From positions 1 to 54,677 of the forward strand of contig CAZHUY010000004.1 in NCBI GenBank assembly GCA_964535465.1: DNA of 54,677 nucleotides. The letters run 5' to 3'. The stretch is from an uncultured Myxococcales bacterium (lineage in GTDB: Bacteria; Myxococcota_A; Polyangia; Fen-1088). Below the pieces are notes generated by a model. The model saw only the letters and a list, made by a program, of their open reading frames with translations, had not been told where the DNA came from and did not search any database. Positions 50,816 through 54,677 of the stretch are shown piece by piece. Numbering within the stretch: the first letter of the stretch is position 1; each line of letters starts with the position of its first letter. The translations under genes and the position numbers were made by a program.

Positions 50816-53287
50816 TCAGGCGCCCTTGCCCTCCTTGTCGTGCTCGTCCTTGCCGTCCTTGCCCTCCTCCTTGCTGCCCTTGCCCTTGCTCTTGCCATCG
50901 TCTTCCCCCTCTGCCTCTCCCTCCTCCTTCGACTCCTTCTCCCACAAGGGCGCCAGTCGCCAGGTTCGGCGGAACATGGTGAGCAGGATCAGCGCCAGCG
51001 CGGCCACCAGCAGGATGCTCTGGTCGGCGTAGCGCAGGTCGTTCCATACCTCGGCGTAGCTCAGGGATTGGCCGAAGGCCAGGGCCAGCAAGGCCACCAC
51101 GGCCAGGGCAAAGGGACGGTCGCGTTCACCCGGCGCGGCCACGCCCACCATCATGAGGGGCAAGAGGAACACGAACTGAAAGGCCGAGCCGGGCGCGTAT
51201 GTGTAGAAGGGCACAAGCACGAGCCCGATGAGGCTGACCTGGAACACGTGGCGCTTGCGGCAGGCCACCAAGGCCAGGGCCGTGGCCGCCAGCAAGGCCA
51301 GGACGTACAGGGGGAAGCGTGCGTTGAAGGTGAGGTGTTGCACGCGCTCCCATTCGCCCCACAGGTTGGGCGTCTGTCGCTGTGCCAGGGCGCTGGCCGT
51401 CGTGCTGCCGTCAAAGGACACCAGGGTTTGCAGGCCCATGCTGTGGGAATAGGGGACGTCTATGAAGGTCTGCGCATGCTCGCGCCACGCCCCCCACGAG
51501 CCCACGCCAAAGAACAGCGAAGAGAGCAACATGATCCCCAGCATGCCGCCCGCCGCCCCGGCCAGGGCGCGCAGGGCAGGGTTCTGGCTGTCGCCTAGTT
51601 CCGCGAAGCGCGGCACCCGCTTGTGCTCGCGCCAGGCATCGATCACGTACCAAAGGATGGGCACGGCCAGGAAGGCCACGGCCGTGATGGGGAACACGCG
51701 CGACAGGGCGGCGTAGGCCAGCAGGGCGCCGCCTAGCACCGGACGCTGCGCCTTGAACGCGCACACCCCGAAGCCCAGCGCCAGCACCCAATCCAGGCGC
51801 AGGGTGGCGCCCATCATGTTGGTGCCCCAGTTGGGGAAGTCGCTCACCCCCCACAGGACCACCAGATACATCATCACGCGCCAGTCGAAGGTGCGGCCCA
51901 CCACATAGAAGAGCAGCAGGAGCAGCAGCGGATCGAGCAGGCCGGTGAAGGTCAGCACGCCTTCACTGGCGGGCACGAACCCCAGCACCAGTTTGGCGGG
52001 CAGCAGCCAGGCCGGCGTGGCCTCGGTGCCGTGGTCCTGCATGGCGGCCAGGTAGTCGGCCTCGCCCATGGCGTGGGCGAAGTAGCGCATGTCCTTGCGG
52101 AAGGCCTGCCAGCGCTCGGGCGAGAAACGCGCCTTGGCCTGGCTCATCTCGGCGCCCAGGTCGCGGGCCAGGCGAATCTGGCCATCGCGCAAATCACGCA
52201 CGCGCACGTCGGCCATGCGCTGCTGGGCGAACTCGGGGTTGTCTTCGGCGTACGCGGCCAAGCTGGCCAGATAGGCGCCGTGGTAGCCCACCTCGCCGAA
52301 GTATTTGGCGGTGGGGAAGTTTTGCCGCATGTCCCAGGTGTGCACGAAGGTGCGGCGGCCCTTGCCTTCGTCGAAGTACTGGGGTGCGCCGAAATGGGCG
52401 TAGGTGGCAAAGGCCATGACCGCGCAGAAGCCCAGGGTGGCCATCGTCACCTTGCGCGTGGGGGACAGGTCTTCCTTCAGATAGGTCTCTTTGATGACCA
52501 GCAACGCGGTCAGCGCGGCCAGGACGGCGCGCAGGGCCGGCTCTTGATCGAAGAAGGGGTAGAGCGCCGCCAGCTCGCGGGCCAGCATCCAGCCCGCAGC
52601 CGCCGCCGGCAGCACCAGCAGGTAGTGCGAGCGACCCGCTTTGCGACGGTGAACCAGCAGGAAGAAGACGGCGAAGATCCCGAAGATGACGACCTTGGTG
52701 TTGACGGCGTCGGCCACCGTAATCCCGCGCGTACGCACCAACTCGGGCGGCCAGACCTTGGGGCATTCGGCGTACACCGCCACCTCGGCCACGCTGTACA
52801 GGGCATCGCCGCCCGTGGCCGACAGGCGCACATAGCGCGCCTGGGTGTCGACCTTCTGGTTGCGCAGGCGCATGCCCGCGCCGTTCTCGGTGCCGATGCG
52901 CCACAGCGGCTGCCAGTTCACGCCGTCGGTCGACGTCGACATGTTGTAGACGTCGTTGTTGTCGGCCTGGACCAGGGCGCAGCGGAGTCGTTGTGGGCTG
53001 CCCAGATCCCACTCGGCAAAGGCCCGCGACGACATGAAGCGGGATGTGACGTCGGTCAACCACTCGTCGCCTTCGTTGCTGTACATGCCGTCGGTCAGGC
53101 GTTGCGGATTCTTCACGCCTTCGTGACCAATGGCCGGCTTGTCTTGCAGCAAGCTCACCGGCTTGTTCTCGGCCAAAACCGTATTATTGGCGGCCAAAAG
53201 CAGCGTGACGGGAAGCGCGCAAAGGGTCAGAATTCGACGGACCAAGTGGCGCGCCAGGGGGGGCTTTCCAGGACAAAATGTCATCAC
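50816..53287 (-). CDS. Large polytopic membrane protein with an N-terminal discoidin (F5/8 type C-like) domain and a Lys/Glu/Gly-rich tail
   Basis: N-terminal anchor. Discoidin-like region: AFAEWDLGSPQRLRCALVQADNNDVYNMSTSTDGVNW...ARYVRLSATGGDALYSVAEVAVYAEC. At least 12 hydrophobic helices follow. The tail is KESKEEGEAEGEDDGKSKGKGSKEEGKDGKDEHDKEGKG. Confidence 0.7.
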   Translation of the reverse strand: MMTFCPGKPPLARHLVRRILTLCALPVTLLLAANNTVLAENKPVSLLQDKPAIGHEGVKNPQRLTDGMYSNEGDEWLTDVTSRFMSSRAFAEWDLGSPQRLRCALVQADNNDVYNMSTSTDGVNWQPLWRIGTENGAGMRLRNQKVDTQARYVRLSATGGDALYSVAEVAVYAECPKVWPPELVRTRGITVADAVNTKVVIFGIFAVFFLLVHRRKAGRSHYLLVLPAAAAGWMLARELAALYPFFDQEPALRAVLAALTALLVIKETYLKEDLSPTRKVTMATLGFCAVMAFATYAHFGAPQYFDEGKGRRTFVHTWDMRQNFPTAKYFGEVGYHGAYLASLAAYAEDNPEFAQQRMADVRVRDLRDGQIRLARDLGAEMSQAKARFSPERWQAFRKDMRYFAHAMGEADYLAAMQDHGTEATPAWLLPAKLVLGFVPASEGVLTFTGLLDPLLLLLLFYVVGRTFDWRVMMYLVVLWGVSDFPNWGTNMMGATLRLDWVLALGFGVCAFKAQRPVLGGALLAYAALSRVFPITAVAFLAVPILWYVIDAWREHKRVPRFAELGDSQNPALRALAGAAGGMLGIMLLSSLFFGVGSWGAWREHAQTFIDVPYSHSMGLQTLVSFDGSTTASALAQRQTPNLWGEWERVQHLTFNARFPLYVLALLAATALALVACRKRHVFQVSLIGLVLVPFYTYAPGSAFQFVFLLPLMMVGVAAPGERDRPFALAVVALLALAFGQSLSYAEVWNDLRYADQSILLVAALALILLTMFRRTWRLAPLWEKESKEEGEAEGEDDGKSKGKGSKEEGKDGKDEHDKEGKGA

Positions 53288-53414
53288 CGCCGAACGCTAC
53301 GTGCGGCGGGGGAGATCGTCAACAGCCCTCGCAAGTCCGGCAGGATAGGGAGTGCTTGCGTGCACCAGAATCCGGTGACAGAAACCCGGCCATGCGGTGT
53401 TATTCGAGGTCAAG

Positions 53415-54068
53415 ATGACCCCTTCTGCTGATGGTCTGGTTCAAAACCTCCTAGCCCTTCCGGTTTTCCGTTCCGAATGGGTGCTTTGGCTCCTTCTCGG
53501 TCTATCGCTGCTCTCGGTGGCGGTCATGGTGGAACGCTGGATTTTCTACCGGCGACGGAAGGTCAATTTCGACAACCTGCGAGACGAGTTCACCAAGCAC
53601 CTGGACAAGGGCGATTTCGAGGCCGCGGCCAAGCTGCTGGCCAAGACCGACAGCCTGGAGACCAACGTGACCCTGGCGGGCCTGCGTGGCTACGACAAGG
53701 GGCCGGAGTCGGTCGAGGATTTGTTGGCCGGCGCCATGTCGCGCGAAAAGGGCATGTACGAGCGGCGCCTGTCCATCCTGGCCACCCTGGCCTCCAACGC
53801 GCCCTACATCGGTCTGTTCGGAACCGTGCTGGGTATCGTGCGCGCCTTCAAGGATCTGTCCAAGGACATCGCCAGCGCCAGCTCGGGCGTGATGGCCGGC
53901 ATTGCCGAGGCCTTGGTGGCCACCGCGGTCGGCCTGTTGGTCGCCATCCCGGCCATCATCGCCTACAACGTGTTCAAGGGCATGGTGAAGGACTCGGTGA
54001 CCAACACCGAGGCCCTGTCACGCCTGTTGCTGGCCGAGCTGAAGGCCGCGGGCGACAAGAGAGAGTAG
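53415..54068 (+). CDS. TolQ/ExbB-family proton-channel protein
   Basis: The ATG at 53415 is preceded by GAGG. Motifs: LATLASNAPYIGLFGTVLGIVRAF and GIAEALVATAVGLLVAIPAIIAYNVF. Confidence 0.85.
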   Translation: MTPSADGLVQNLLALPVFRSEWVLWLLLGLSLLSVAVMVERWIFYRRRKVNFDNLRDEFTKHLDKGDFEAAAKLLAKTDSLETNVTLAGLRGYDKGPESVEDLLAGAMSREKGMYERRLSILATLASNAPYIGLFGTVLGIVRAFKDLSKDIASASSGVMAGIAEALVATAVGLLVAIPAIIAYNVFKGMVKDSVTNTEALSRLLLAELKAAGDKRE

Positions 54069-54077
54069 GGGATCGCC

Positions 54078-54506
54078 ATGGCTGGTTTGAGCAACGGCAA
54101 CGGCGAGGACGACGGGCCGCTCGCCAACATCAACATCATCCCCTTCGTCGACATCGTTCTGGTTCTGCTCATCATCTTCATGCTGACCTCGGCCGCCATC
54201 GTACGCGCCAGCATGCAGGTCAACCTGCCCAAGGCGGCCAGCGCCGGGGCGCGCGTCGAATCCACGGTCAACCTGGTCTACACCAAGGAAGGCAAGCTCT
54301 TGCTCAACGGCAAGGAGAGCAACCTGGACGAGATCGCCCAGCACGTGAAGCGCGAGCGCGAGAGCAATCCCAAGCTGCAGGCGGTGATCGCCGGCGACAA
54401 GGGCGTCGAATACGGCAAGGTGATGGACCTCATCGATCTGGTCAAGCGCAACGGCGTGACCGCTTTCGCCCTGGACGTGGAACGCGCACCCGCCGCGGCC
54501 GAGTAG
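54078..54506 (+). CDS. ExbD/TolR-family protein
   Basis: ANINIIPFVDIVLVLLIIFML (TM helix with conserved Asp), then the periplasmic domain VNLPKA...LLLNGKE...VIAGDKGVEYGKVMDLIDLVKRNG. Confidence 0.85.
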   Translation: MAGLSNGNGEDDGPLANINIIPFVDIVLVLLIIFMLTSAAIVRASMQVNLPKAASAGARVESTVNLVYTKEGKLLLNGKESNLDEIAQHVKRERESNPKLQAVIAGDKGVEYGKVMDLIDLVKRNGVTAFALDVERAPAAAE

Positions 54507-54512
54507 AAGACC

Positions 54513-54677
54513 ATGGCCCCCCGCACCTCCCATAGCGCCGAAGCGAAGCTGGTCGAAAACCGGCGACCGTCGCGCCAGTACCGCAATCCCTTCGTGGAGA
54601 AGCGGGCGCAGCAGCGCAAGACCTCGCAGGCGCGGACCATGGCGCGGGTGCGTGTGCCGCTGACTTCGCCGATTCGG
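54513..54677 (+). CDS. Start of a basic protein downstream of exbD/tolR (possible TonB/TolA-type partner); 3' end off the window
   Basis: An open frame runs from the ATG at 54513 to the window edge (MAPRTSHSAEAKLVENRRPSRQYRNPFVEKRAQQRK...). It is not in the ORF track because it has no stop. Function is inferred only from its position after the exbB-exbD-type genes. Confidence 0.35.
   Translation, partial: MAPRTSHSAEAKLVENRRPSRQYRNPFVEKRAQQRKTSQARTMARVRVPLTSPIR

Overview
This is a very GC-rich bacterial chromosomal segment; third codon positions are dominated by G/C, which produces many long spurious antisense ORFs. I call about 44 protein-coding genes. I saw no rRNA, tRNA, CRISPR array, transposase or integrase. 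The protein repertoire suggests a Myxococcota-type organism (inference only): many lipoproteins with Gly/Ser/Thr-rich linkers, FG-GAP and RCC1 propellers, TPR plus Pro-rich anchors, multi-receiver regulators and an NtrC-like activator.

From left to right the window contains:
- a multi-REC regulator
- secreted hydrolases
- a cassette of three ATP-grasp ligase modules, a DmpA-type aminopeptidase and a GAF-GGDEF cyclase
- a FliA-type sigma factor, a FlgM-like anti-sigma factor and a degenerate NtrC-family regulator
- a truncated complex I operon (fused nuoEF directly followed by nuoJKLMN, with a PKD-like domain on NuoL), followed by a 14-blade RCC1 lipoprotein
- a discoidin-domain protein translationally coupled to a GT-C-like membrane protein
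- an orphan MotA/MotB-like stator pair next to a PpsA/Rph-like phosphotransferase
- two divergent GH5 glycanases
- serS, a hypothetical gene and ihfB
- an FG-GAP lipoprotein and a CE4 deacetylase, flanked by an exact 23-bp direct repeat
- a DegT aminotransferase
- a three-gene envelope operon (discoidin-polytopic membrane protein, TPR anchor, Thr/Gly-rich LamG lipoprotein)
- a TolQR/ExbBD module at the right edge

The best candidates for an undescribed system are:
1. the ligase/peptidase/c-di-GMP cassette (8380-14203)
2. the MotAB-like pair with coiled-coil insertions plus the Rph-like enzyme (31757-35621)
3. the partial, remodelled nuo operon (16969-27336)
4. the discoidin/TPR/Thr-Gly LamG envelope operon (47921-53287)

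All functional calls rest on motif recognition in the translated ORFs. No database search was run.
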